Shown: positions 47,001 through 59,025 of the stretch, in pieces | How positions within the stretch are numbered: position 1 is the first letter of the stretch | Layout of the letters: each line of letters starts with the position of its first letter | Origin: Podarcis melisellensis | Taxonomy: Eukaryota | Direction: 5' to 3' (one strand) | Length of the DNA: 64,000 nt | NCBI GenBank assembly: GCA_964234715.1 | Contig: OZ174280.1 | Program-made: the position numbers and the translations under genes | Notes under the pieces: model-generated | Seen by the model: the letters and a program-made list of their open reading frames with translations, nothing else | The model's database searches: none | Told to the model about the DNA's origin: nothing

Positions 47001-50000
47001 GGTAAAACATTAATTTGATATTTCCATTCAGAATATTTTTGGGATTTTGCTTTTTAAAATAGATCACTACATACATTTAATCTATTTTAAAATTTAAAAA
47101 TAACTTGCTTGCAATGTCTGCAAGCCACTGTCAAGTCTCACTTAGCCAGAATCTTGTAGGTTAACTAGGACTGTGAACTGTAGTCTTTACTGGATTTGGA
47201 GAGCAATGGCCACATCATTACAATGATACTTAACTGTCAAAGACAAGGAGCAGATGGGGGAAATTAAGCATTCTGGTCTGTTTATGTTCTCTCTAATGTA
47301 CTGATGCCTCTGGCACTGGCCACTGTTAGCATTTCATTATAAAATGAAAGTATAGTAAAGTTCTGTTCTGTTTTAGTTTTGTCCAGTTTAATTTCTTGCA
47401 CAACTGCATTGCCCACTGTGCGTAACACACACATCCATGTTAACAGCAGGCAGCAGTGACTTTATGGACTTCTCTTGAGTTGTAACCTGCAAAACCAGCA
47501 AATAAATTCAGGTACTTGCCTGCTCATAAAAAGAGCAGATAGGAAAGAGGAGGGGGAGTAAGGGAGAGGTCTCAGATCTTCATTGTACTTCTCTCATGGA
47601 CACACAGAGATTCCTCTTTGATTCCTAGGTCTCAATTAATATTTATTTTATTTTAACCTGGATCAGTTATAGCACACACAGCTCACTTTGAGTTTTAAAA
47701 AATTGCACAAGGTCAACTGAATCAGGCCAACCCAACACACACTAAAGCTTCTCAATTATGGCCTTTGTTATCTCTCGTCAAAGAATGCATTCATTCAGCT
47801 TGCTTGTGGTAAACTATTTGTTCACTGCAAAATGCAGCTAAATCCTAGAGGGATAACATTAATCATACAGCAATGTTAAAACCACGATGAAAATTCAGCA
47901 GTTGGTGTAGAAGTAACCATATGTTGGGCAGCAGCCATTTGATAATGCTAGGGTTCTTTTTTGGTGCTTCATATGGCAAGTAATTTTTCTACCTACTTAA
48001 GAAGCTTTTAGTTTAATACAATGAAATCAAGCTTACAGTTTATGAACTTTCAAACTATATGCCCTGAATACAGAGTTGTATTTCTCAAAAAAAAAATATG
48101 CTGCTGATCGGTGAGTGGTTGCTATTCCATTTGCTTTCCTGCATTAGCCTTCAATATTTTTTTCCTTAAATGTAAAGAATGCATGGGAGGCACATCTTAC
48201 TGTCCAAACTTTTACAAGTATTCCAGTAAGAATAACTGCTTTGAATTTGTTTGAACATAACTTCATGTCAAACTCTGCTTGAGATACCCTTTTCAATCAT
48301 TATGGCACCCACCCACAATTTGTCTCCTAAACTCATTCCTATTCATTATCTCGCTCAAAACTTCCCTTTTCCTGTACTCTCTGAAATTGCTGCCCCTTCA
48401 CCCCAGTAACTATACCTTACTGTAACTAAGTCAAAGTGTGTGTAATTGAAACCACCATGTTCTTCTCTGCCTCCATTTCCCTCCCACTTCCTCTGTTTTT
48501 CCTGTGTTTATTTTAGAATGCTATTTGTAAAGCATCATGTTTTACCTGAACCAATGGGTTCAAATTACAAGAAAGGAGATTCCAACTAATCATTAGGAAG
48601 AACTTTCTGACAGTAAGAGCTGTTCAACAGTGGAAAGGGACTACATTGGAAGGGAAAGGGACTCTCTTTCATTGGAAGTGTTTAAATCTACCTGTCAGCT
48701 ATTTTTTAGCTGCAATTCCTGCATTTGCAGGACTAGGTAATCCTTTGGGTCTCTTTCATCTCTACAAATCTATGATCTATGTGTACATGGGTAGATTTTT
48801 ATAGATTTTTTTTAAGCCCAATTTTAAGCCATATTAATTGTGCTTTATTTAGTTTCTTCTCTAATCAAATTTCAGTTCAAATACTAATATATATTGAGAC
48901 CCGAATTAACATGGGCAATCTGCTAAATCAGATAACACTACAAGGACATCAGAAAATTATTCCAGAAAACCCACATCACTGATTAGCCAAGCTGTGCTCT
49001 ACAAGGCAACTGTGAGCATTTCTTATAGATATGTCCCTGGATTGAGCTTCACAGAAGGTCTCTGGGAAACTTTTTAATTATATTTATTTTGATAAAGAGA
49101 AGGCAATCAGACTGGGAACCAATGGTGACATTTACTCGGAATACTTACTGTCACTATAACATCCCTGAAAATAAGTATTTAGAATGAATTTAATCTGAAC
49201 AATCAGGAGTGTTCTTGGTTACTAAGGACTGACAGTCTAGCAATGGGTTTTGGATGGAATTGTATTCCCCTTGAGGGGGAAAAAAATCAGGTTTGCTACC
49301 ATACTGTTTTAAGGCAAAATTCAAAGTCATTGTCTTTAAAACCCTATTTGTTTCAGTCCAGGATATTTAAAGGACTGCCATCTGCCCTACTTTAATCTTG
49401 CCCGTCCACTGAGGTCAATGAGAGAGGCACTTTTTGTATGTCCAATCACCCATCGCCATCTGAAACATGGTGGGTGGGACTAGCACTGCTCTATTTATCT
49501 AGCCCAGTACCCTCTACCCTGACTGGTCTTGCACAGAGGCTTTTCACAGGCTGGAGGTGCCAAGGATTGAACATGGAATATTCTGTATGCAAATATTGCA
49601 CTCTACCACTGAGCTACGGCCGCTCGTTATGCAGATTCAAATTCTGTGGAATGTATTGCTACATTGCATGTATTAAAAAAGTCCAATAATACATGATCAA
49701 ATCTCTCTGTAGAGACTTCCCCAGAGATACAATTCTGGAAGTTTATACAACCTGAGTTATTCCTTAGGCTGAAATCTTCACTTAAAGAAGCTGAAACTGA
49801 GCTCCAAAGAGTTAACAAATGTTTATACATAAACAGATGTGAGTGAACATAAAGCTCCTTTTGTGTGTTGAGAGAGCTTAACATCTGCTTTGCACAGTGT
49901 AATCCTGCTAAGGAAGTTCAACATTTATTTTCTTCTCACATAAGAAAAGATATCCACTAGCAATAGCTTGTTCAGGCCCAATGCAGTTTCCATTAATTTT

Positions 50001-53000
50001 CTTTGTGCTGCGGAAAGCAAAGAAGGATTGCTTTATATTCAGGCATGTTACCACAGTTTCCTTCACATTAGCTAAAACAGCCAAATGGGACAATATAATC
50101 CTGCCACTGTCTTAATGGTTACATACAACGTTTACAGTATTGCTAAAGAAATCCATGTCTGCTAAATGAAGTCATTTAAGAGACACAATTTATGCTGAAA
50201 AGTGTGATATAAACTCTCCCCCTCTCTCTNNNNNNNNNNNNNNNNNNNNNNNNNNNNNNNNNNNNNNNNNNNNNNNNNNNNNNNNNNNNNNNNNNNNNNN
50301 NNNNNNNNNNNNNNNNNNNNNNNNNNNNNNNNNNNNNNNNNNNNNNNNNNNNNNNNNNNNNNNNNNNNNNACAGTTATGCACTGTAAAATTTTGTCTCAG
50401 ACAAACAGATTTATCTAAAAACATTAACAGGTAAGAAATGCATCCTCACAATAACTCATTGTCTCCTGCTTCTCATCCTTTTTCATTATTCCTTTCTGCC
50501 AACTTGAAGGTTTTACAAGCAAATTATCTAAATCCAAATATAAAGTTCACTAGCTTAAATAGCAATTCCATAAATCAAAGGAAGGTAGGAAAAAGGCTAG
50601 CATAAAAAAAATATGCTGAGTAGAATTGTTACCATTTAAGTAACATTGGTATTTCTATTTTAGGATTTTTAATTTTAGGATTATGGAACTTTTGTACTAC
50701 TCTGGCTTGTCAAACTTGAAAATCTTGAAAACTTTTTAAGAAGTATAATGGCAACATGGAAATCTACTCCTCATTCTCCACAGTGTTCTCAATATATTTT
50801 GCATTTAGACCAGAGTGCAGGGAAGAACCTTTGGTCGTTAGTCTAATAAGGATCCCAAAATGATCCACAATGATGTTTTCCTCAAAAAACCCTGAGCTGT
50901 CTTTCTCTCCTTGTAAGCTTAATGCATGTGCATATGGTTGGAAAGCATATGAGCAAAAATGCTACTATTTTTCAAATGAGGAAAAAAACTGGACCCTCAG
51001 CCAGAGCTTCTGTGCTTCACAGATGGCCTCCCAGGCTGTGTTTAAAAGCAAAGAAGAAATGCAAATATTTTAGCTGTTCTACACAAGTCCTTTGTGATAC
51101 TGATAAAGATGTTCAACCATTAGGGGCTTTGCTGGGCTTAAATATAAAACCTCTTGGGATCCTACCTACAAAACACAAACAAGTCAGATAGATATTGGCA
51201 AAGGAGGTTTGCAGTGCAATCCTAACCACGCCTACCGGAAGAAAATCCAATTGAATTAAATGGGGCTTTCTGCCAGGAAATAGAACTGCTAGTACATTTG
51301 CAAAGCTAAGCAGGTCTGCTTTGGTTTCAAAGTGGATGGGGGATTGTAAGGTGAGATTCCTGCCTCTCAGAGGGTTGGAACAGATTGCCCGTGGGGTCCC
51401 TTCCAACTCTACAATTCTATGATTCTATACCCCATACCTGTGATGTCAAGTGTGCAGCAGGTAGAGACACAGCAGCCAACAAATGATTTGGAGTGTGCTC
51501 CCAGTTGTTCCTTGGCAAGTGAGGATTGGTGCTGCTGAAAGAACCAATTACTTTGTATTCCCAGCTTGAATTCAAGCTGGTGATTCAGATGATTTTAATC
51601 TACTGGCATGGCTCAAGCCATGGCGACAAAGGAAAATAATTACTCTGCGTCATCTGATGTCATGTTGAAGTCAGGTAATTTGGTAATTTGAGTGGACAGC
51701 TCCACCCAGCTGTCAAATTGGTCTGCAGGGGATGGGGGAGCTGCCAAAATGGCCCACCAGCTGCTAAAGCTTCCCTGCCCCTGATTTAAAGGGTTCAAAA
51801 AGGTTGCACATATGAATACATTACACTGTTGTAATTCTAACTATCTATAAAGGTAGATATCATCATTGTACAAATGGGGAGAGGGGTCGACATTGAGAGG
51901 GTGTGGCTTTTTTAAGGCTACCTAGTGAGTTCAGGGCTGATTCAAACGGGATAATTCATCGTTTGTATCTCAATCACTTAAATAGTAAGATAGAGTGAAA
52001 CCACAGGCAACACTAACAGGAATTATGATTTGCTCACCAATATTGTAACACCAAACAATTTTACACTATTAAGTGATATCAATGCAGCCTAAGTGCTGTT
52101 GTACTAAAGCTTCTCATCTTAGTGCTTCAGGCATAACCTAATTACTTTCAAGGTTCACACAACTCTTCAGCCATAAGTATACCACCTGTTAATATGTGCC
52201 CTCCATTTGAATTAGTTTCAAAAAGACCACAGTTCAGTTACAAAAATCAGTATAATGAAGTCTGGAAATACTCATATAAACAGAATATGTGGCATTTGGG
52301 ATGCTTTGCTTCCCAAGAACAGAGACAGTAACTCTTTATTCCATTCTGTCCCATCTTCCCAGAGTTGGCAGACTATTAAAGTGCATCCCAGCTGGTCATT
52401 TGCAGTTTTTGCATGAGAACCTTCATCGTAACTCAGCATTTTACCTATGGCACATTTAAAAGACCACTATTTTTTAATCATTAGCTGTTTATAATAGTGT
52501 TGTTTATGAATTAGTGCCAAAACAACAGATAATCGTCAAGGTGATAAATTTCTGATTGCTTTCCTCACCAGTTTGCAATTACAATGGGACATTTTTAAGG
52601 AAAGAAATGATTTTCATATTACTAGCTACAATGTTAAATAGTCGTAATGACAAGGCATCTTGAAAAGCAAAGTTTATGCAATTATTTGTAGCCATGTTTT
52701 ATCCATCAATTGAACAGTTGCTGGAGTAAAACTACTACCAGATTAATGTTGCTCTGTAGCAGTTTAGGTCACCTGTAGAACAATGTTGAATGTATCTGAA
52801 GTTATGGGGAACATTTAAATATACAGCAATAAACCTTTAGGAAAATAGAGTGGGACACAAAGACAAGTCTGTATGCCTGCATCTTTTTGTAGTTTTATAT
52901 TATAAAATGTGTAGCAGCTGGATCTCTAGGCTTTGGGAACTAGAAGTTTGAATAACTTGCTGCGAACAAATTAAAGAAGTTGTGCAACCACCTTCCTAGG

Positions 53001-53424
53001 ATCATAATCCTAACTCATTTATTTGTGACCTCTACTTCAGGTTAGTTTCTTCTCAGACATCTACACAACATGAGTTGTTCTGGGAAAGTTTAATCCACTA
53101 AACTATGCTTTCAGTGTTTTCTCGCAATCTTTTAAAGTGACATTTTACGTAACAGTTTTACAGTTTGAGACACTTAGTGGGGCTGGAGAAAAGTAAAACT
53201 ACGCAATATTGTTTGTAGTCTGCTAAGTAATACACATCTATTGCCAAATGGTTTCATTTGATAGGGACGCATGGTACCTTGGATGTCAGATCCCGATGGA
53301 AAATGCCTTTATAGTGAAGGTAAGTGAGTCCCAGAGCAATGTCCAGTGCCAGCTTCACCCTTACTGTCCAAGGCAGGTGTTGATTACCATCCAACAGCTG
53401 TTCTAGGTTACCACAGTTGATATA
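37020..53424 (-). CDS. TESK2: Dual-specificity testis-specific protein kinase 2, 5'-partial, 7 coding exons found
   Basis: Exons 53424-53278, 45873-45791, 44155-44080, 42411-42328, 41045-40959, 40542-40395, 38026-37020. Motifs: HRDLTSKN (TESK/LIMK type), [48 protein letters not shown], and the 14-3-3 motif RSRSLP. Confidence 0.96.
40395..40542 (-). CDS. TESK2: TESK2 exon [20 protein letters not shown]...
   Basis: 148 nt, GT-AG. Confidence 0.95.
40959..41045 (-). CDS. TESK2: TESK2 exon [29 protein letters not shown]
   Basis: 87 nt, GT-AG. Confidence 0.97.
41710..41880 (-). mobile_element. Degenerate Squam3-like SINE
   Basis: cataggaagctgcctta...tttttaactggagatgcctggggttgaacctgga. Confidence 0.55.
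42328..42411 (-). CDS. TESK2: TESK2 exon [28 protein letters not shown]
   Basis: 84 nt, GT-AG. Confidence 0.97.
43703..44061 (+). mobile_element. Young full-length Sauria SINE (Squam1-type)
   Basis: tRNA-like head with A box (ggtggcgctgtgg) and B box (ggttcgaatccc), CpG-rich body, (ACCTTT)2 tail, and a perfect 13-bp TSD taattaaagaaga (43690-43702 and 44062-44074). Confidence 0.95.
44080..44155 (-). CDS. TESK2: TESK2 activation-loop exon [25 protein letters not shown]
   Basis: 76 nt, taaag|T...AAG|gttggt. Confidence 0.93.
45150..45260. mobile_element. Penelope-like element terminal fragment
   Basis: ttagtctattgcagc...gcaccttaaagtctaacc.atttattatggcataagctttc resembles reptile Penelope termini. 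Confidence 0.5.
45791..45873 (-). CDS. TESK2: TESK2 exon [27 protein letters not shown]
   Basis: 83 nt, GT-AG, DFG motif. Confidence 0.97.
45965..46480 (-). mobile_element. Old L2-like LINE 3' fragment
   Basis: Minus-strand remnants of [24 protein letters not shown] (L2 RT C-terminal region). Confidence 0.5.
48548..48782 (+). mobile_element. CR1 LINE 3' end
   Basis: [27 protein letters not shown], followed by a tail ending tctacaaatctatgatctatg. Confidence 0.85.
49480..49625 (-). mobile_element. Degenerate Squam3-like SINE
   Basis: atctagcccagta..tctaccctgactgg...ggaggtgccaaggattgaac...ctctaccactgagctacggcc. Confidence 0.6.
50230..50370. other. Assembly gap (N run) after the start of a (CT)n tract
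   Basis: Run of N. Confidence 1.
50784..51061 (+). pseudogene. Decayed exon of a type II C-type lectin-like receptor (CLEC2/CD69/KLR group), antisense in a TESK2 intron
   Basis: [45 protein letters not shown] matches the N-terminal part of a C-type lectin domain (CTLD). Strong phase-1 acceptor ctcctcattctccacag at 50782-50783, in-frame TGA at 50861-50863, and no GT donor after EEM. Confidence 0.75.
51353..51428 (+). mobile_element. CR1/Squam2-type 3' tail fragment
   Basis: gattcctgc...gggttgga...ggtcccttccaactctacaattctatgattctat. Confidence 0.75.
53278..53424 (-). CDS. TESK2: TESK2 exon [11 protein letters not shown]...[10 protein letters not shown] (catalytic loop)
   Basis: 147 nt, tttcag|TAT...AAG|gtacca. 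Confidence 0.97.
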
Positions 53425-53965
53425 CTGAAAATATATAAAAAAACCAATTAAAAAGAGAAGAAAAAAAACCACAGTTAAACTATCTGTACTTCAAAGTACA
53501 GACAGGTGAGGAATTTCTTCTTGGATTTAGTGGGGCAAATGTAAGTTCCTCCAACTGTACTAATGATATACTAACTCAAACCAAACAATCATAAAAGTAA
53601 ATAGTCTATTAACTTTATGATTGGTAAGTGAATGCATCCCCAATAACTCCTGGACATCCTCCTTGTTGGCATCCATCTATCTCGAGAGACAATGGAGTGT
53701 GCGTCCAGGGGTGAAGACAAACTGCTGTGTTAGCAGTACAGAAGTAACTTTCCAGTGTGTATGGAGGTCCTGAGCTGCCCAGACAGACAAGACCCCCTCC
53801 CCCGGCCTCACTGATGTGGTCCAAAGGAAAGCAGAGCAATATGTTTGGCACAAACTAGGCTGCCTCAGTTGCTGGTAGGAGGCATACAAGGTGCCATCCA
53901 ACAGCCTTAGGGACCCCACTTGGGATATGTTTAGAAACCACCTTCTTGACCCGTTTTTCATGAAT

Positions 53966-54612
53966 GCATAGGAAGCTGTCAAGGCTGAGCCAGACCTTTG
54001 GTCCATTTAGCTCAGTATTGTTAACACTGACTGTCAGTGACTCTCCAGGGTTTCAGCCAAGGGACATTCTCCCCACCCCCCACCCCAATTTTTTTTAATT
54101 AGTTTTCCACAATTTTTTTAAACACACAGACAAACAAACAAACAAACATAAATCCTAACCTTATTAAAACTAATCTTAGTAACATTGTTAAGCGACTTCC
54201 TTGTATCCCCTTGGTTGAATTTCAGTGTATATCATTTTAAAGGTTTTCCAAAACCTATATTCTCATAAAATTAACTTAGTCACTTAACATCTTTCTTTCT
54301 TTCCCAATCTAAATTTCAACATATTAATTTATCACATTACATATTTAAGTCCTAAGCCTATCTGGTATTTGCAAGCTTTCCCAATTAATTTAACTTAACA
54401 TATTTAACTAAATAGTCTTTAAATTTCGTCAATTCTTCCTGGTAATCCTCCTCCTTCTGGTCACGGACTCTTCCAGTCAGGTCGGCTAGCTCCGAAAAAT
54501 CCATCATCTCAGCCAAGGGACATTCTTAGCCCTACCTAGACAAGCCAAGGATTGAACCTGGGCCCTTTAGCATGCAACACGAGTGCTCTGCTACTGAGCT
54601 ATGACCCTTCCC
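53966..54612 (-). mobile_element. Squam3-like SINE split by an L1 insertion
   Basis: The halves 53966-54070 and 54527-54612 rejoin into the same SINE seen elsewhere in the window. Confidence 0.7.
54071..54508 (-). mobile_element. 5'-truncated L1/Tx1-clade LINE
   Basis: Perfect 18-bp TSD tcagccaagggacattct (54053-54070 and 54509-54526). ORF2-like end MMDFSELADLTGRVRDQKEEDYQEELTKFKDYLVKY*, then an A-rich 3'UTR and short poly(A). Confidence 0.85.
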
Positions 54613-55589
54613 TAAAGCACAGCATACACCAAAAGAGGAGGAAATGACAACTGGAAAGAGGTAGTGCAGACAAAACAACTGATAACTGAGGCATCATCCT
54701 AGATTTCAATTAACATGGTTAGTTTTTGCCAGCAGGTGGTGGCATGAAGTAATTCAAGGTTCTCCTCTCTCCCTGTATTTCTACTATAAAAAGAGTTCTC
54801 ATGTAGTATATTTCTAACTGCTAAACACCACACACTGTAGCGCAATATTTCTGCAAGTCAGTCCAGACTTCAGGCTTGTAAAGAAGTACTATCATATAAG
54901 TCCCACTTGTTAAACTGCAAGAGCTGAAGAAATTCATGTGCACAAAGAATAAATATACAACATTCATTCTATATTTGCACCCCTCTTTAAATACAATGAG
55001 ACCAAAAATTTATATCCAAGTGGGATTACTTTAACACAAACCAGTGACCCAGCAACTGTATCATCCACTGAGCTACAAATCAAAGAACTGTTAATTTCTA
55101 GCTGTCCAGAATACTTGAGGATCTAAAGAGGATCAAAACGAAGTGTTCCTTGGCTAGATGCCAAACTACTTGGCCCAGATTTTAGGAGCCAGCTCAAGTT
55201 TCTCAACGTATTATGCCAGGAGAGTTCAAGGCCACCTCACAAAAAAGTGCAGTTGTTTACCACTTGTGGACCAGGACTAGTTTATGTAGCGATTTCCACT
55301 ACAAGCAAATTAATTGTGCATATTAACACAGATTGCCCTTTGGAAGCAACAGTTATCTGCCCCAGGCAAATACAAGTTTCTGATGCAGCAAAAATGAGTC
55401 TTCCAGGATCCACTATGCCTGCGTGGTTACTGCCATAATTAAAAGAGAGATGCCCATGAACATACATGTAGGAAATATATTCCAATGGTACGTGATAACA
55501 TTCTTGCACACACCCTGCTCTATTCTGTTTGTCAAGTCATTATTTAAATCCAGTAATTCAGCAACTTGCTTAGGAACAAAGGAAGCCAC

Positions 55590-55756
55590 CTTTTATTGAG
55601 GGAGACCCATCAGCCCATCTAGAACATTTGCCAGTCAGATACTCTCACGGACAACCTTCTGTGGGCCACATGATAGTGGTACATAGGGCCAGTGGCAAGA
55701 ACTGGGTGCAGCAACGGATGTGAATCTTTACCTTTGTTCAACCACACAAACATCAG

Positions 55757-55825
<69 letters not shown>

Positions 55826-56150
55826 TCCATCTACCATTCAAGAAAACAAGAATCACTGTCATAGTTCAAGGACAGATTCGTGCCAGGCAAGAGCACTTGA
55901 GGCGGCTGTGGAGCACTACAGTGTGGGGTGTGACCTTGGGAAAATCTCAATGGCTGACTAGAAAAGGCTCTGGAGGTTCAGATTCGGCCTCTGGGCCTGA
56001 GGTTCCCCACCGTGTTCTACACTGACTGGCAGTAGCACTCCAGGATTTCAGACAGGGGCATTCCCAGTCCTATCCGGAAATGCCAGGGATTGAACTTGGG
56101 ATCTTCTGCATGCAAAGCAGGTGCTCTGTCACTGAGCTATGTGCTCTCCT
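55590..56150 (-). mobile_element. Squam3-like SINE interrupted by a hAT-like element (about 55623-56010)
   Basis: SINE tail piece ...cccatctag at 55591-55622 and the remainder from ctacactgactggcag at about 56017. The intervening block is homologous to 21840-22218. Confidence 0.55.
55761..55824. repeat. Compound microsatellite (CT)20(CA)12
   Basis: Read directly from the sequence. Confidence 0.98.
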
Positions 56151-56514
56151 GCTTGCTTCATCCAGCACTCTATGGAACCATGCAAATGTTTTGGGATGAA
56201 AATAGTGGCATACTTTTTTGATAGTTAAAACAACTGAGCCACAGTATCTACTTTGCAAATCACAGTTGTTCGCAGATTCCCTGGTGTGAGAATCTGCAGT
56301 TTTGGAGCAATACTGATGTCGGGTCTTCTTGCAATGCACCACACCTCTTTACATGGTACTAAGCCACAGGAGATCACCGTCCTGCTACATAATGTCCAAC
56401 CGTCATTCTCAAAGAGCCTCCTTTGCACATACAGTACTTCCTTCATATTTTTCTCAGAACATACTGTCCTTCACAGTTCAGTATTGTTTTGTCTCCTGCA
56501 TATCATTGAAGGAC

Positions 56515-56820
56515 TGAGAGGTGTCGTGGCAGATGTGCTGAACCAGTGCTTTGGCCTTGATAATGGAATTGGTGAGCAACAACAAACTGAAGCTCAACTC
56601 AGACAAGAGATACGCATAGTCAGTAGGTAGCCTTCGCCCGTCCAGATGGGTCAGAATCCCATTGAAGAAACAGGTGTGCAAACCTGGGGGGTACTCCTGT
56701 ATCCTCCATTGTCAATGAAGGAACAAGTGGGCTCCATGCCACCAAGTGCCTTTTAACAGCTTTGGCTGGTGGTCCAGCAGCCTTCCTATCTGGATACAGA
56801 TAGCCTGGCTTGAGTGATGT
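56515..56820 (+). mobile_element. L2 LINE reverse-transcriptase fragment, frameshifted
   Basis: VLNQC...NNKLKLNSDK...PLKKQVCKLGVLL.PPLSMKEQV...SAF, an L2 RT motif series. Confidence 0.75.
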
Positions 56821-59025
56821 GGTAATAGGATAGATAATAGGATAGATTACTGCATTGTGTTTTATGTTGAAATACCTTTGAAGACTATTCAGTAACTGCA
56901 GCTAGTGCAGAATGTGGTAGTCAGACTGACCAGGACTAGCTGGCCTGAACATATAAATTCAGTTCTGGCTAGCTTGTACTGACTTGTCAATATTTTTTTT
57001 CTGAGCCCAATTCAAAGTGCTAATCTTGACATATAAAGTCTTGGGTGGCTATGAACACCAGCACTTCAAGGACTGCTTTTCCTCACATGAAGGTGAAATC
57101 AATATCTGAGGTCCTTCTGTTTGCCCCCTCCAACAGATATTCAGAGGGTGTCAACAAGAGAAGCTACCCACAAATAATGGATAGTCCTTCCCCGAGATGC
57201 TTCCTTGGCACTGACTTTGTCACCTTTACAGTTCCAGCCAAAAACATTTTTATTCTCACAAGCATTTGGAAAGAGTTCCAATAGTCTGAATTTTGGTTAT
57301 TTATTTTTAGTGTTCATTCCTATGAATGTGGGCTGATTATTTTTATATTGCTGGGTGGTTTTTGTGAATTTACACTTTTCATATTTGTTTTGCTCCAATG
57401 GCTTTTTATTGTGTATAAACTGCATAGTGTTGTAAATCACTGTGGGACTTTTTCCTGCATGAAGCAATTCATAAATTGATTTGGAACAAACCACTGATTA
57501 GTTTGCTGTGTCTATACTGCAGACAATAATTAAACTGGGCTTACCAGGTATTTTAGTATTACCCATTTTTGAATTCAGCTTACAAGTATATTAGCACATT
57601 GCACTTTTACCAAAATCACTCTTTTTTCTTCTGTATGGACAATAGTCAACGTCACAGAATTGGACCTCCACTCATGCAACTGGACTTCCTCTTTCCAACC
57701 CCCTGCACCTGCCACAGCTCAGCCACCATAACAGAGTTGCAGCATGCACAGAGGGCTGCAATGGGAGCAGGAATCCATTCCACAAACTGTAACATGCCAC
57801 TGGTGGATCAGTGGATATCACCCTCTTGTTTATTGAATGCTATGTCGCCACAGCAAAATGAGCTCGGCATGTAAAGCATGGAGTTGTCCTGTATGCAGAT
57901 ACTGGAAATATCTGACTACAAATCATTAATGAAGGTTTAATTAAGAAAGACCTTTAATAGTGAAAGGGCTATAATAGTGCAAACGTGTCCAATTTCATGC
58001 TGATTGCCTGTTTGGCTTCAGAGTACTTTGTCTATTGTAACTGTAACTTAATCTCATCTGTTGATGCAGTTAGCACATAAAAAAGGCAAGATCCAGTCTC
58101 CTCAAACATTTGGTACCATAGATCTGAATAAATCTTCCCCAGGAGGAATTATAACACTTTGCTCATTTCTCTTTACATAGTAGGACTATGGCACATTTCA
58201 CCAGCCCCACAGGCTCCCATAGTCAAGAATCTCAGGTGAAAGGATCTCTATTACCAAGCTATTCCACCTTCCTCCTCCCAACAAGTTATCAGTCCCAATG
58301 CAAGTACTGGAAGATGTGGTCTTTGCAATTTAAAATATGCATGCTCTGAATGTCTGCCATTTCAGATAAATTAACTATCCTATGGGGCCTTGCCCCAGCT
58401 GATGCTACAAGATAAGCACTGCTTTAACAGTTGGGCCTAAAAATTCATTGTGTGTACAAATGCAATTACAATTCTACAATACTTAAAACCAAATTAATCC
58501 AACTCTTCAAAATAGGGATAAGGCTCCACCTAATTATATATTTGGAATAGCCTTCTAAGCAAGGGGGGGAAGAGTAAAGTAAAAAAGGGTAATGATGTGA
58601 CAGCTTTTGCTCCCACTATGTACAAAACAAACTGGCTTTGCAAGTAACAGAGGACTTTTTTCCAACTGGAACAAGGGTTAAGTACATCAAGAGTGGCAGC
58701 TCAGGACTGAAGGCTGGGAATATTTGTACTCCAAGTATGCCAACAATTCAAATTCCATTAAAAATACAAGTCTGCCCTTGAAGAGCTAGATGGGAAGGAA
58801 AGGCCTACTGGGTGTGTGGTTGGAACTCAGCTGAATGTTGTTTCCTTTCTTCACAATCCTTGATAGAATATACTTTAAGCAGCAATACAAATTCATGTAG
58901 ATCTAAATTCTTGATTCTGATGTTTTTACTTCTGAGTGTTTGCAAAGTTGTTGTATGGTCCTGTGAAACTGTGGGTTGTAGGAAAGTATTAGAGTATTCG
59001 GGATTAGAGAAATTTGTAGGTAACA

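Noticed and set aside
53640-53930. Segment resembling an RTE-type 5'UTR or non-autonomous repeat
   Set aside because: It looks repeat-like, but I could not define termini, a TSD or a family with confidence.
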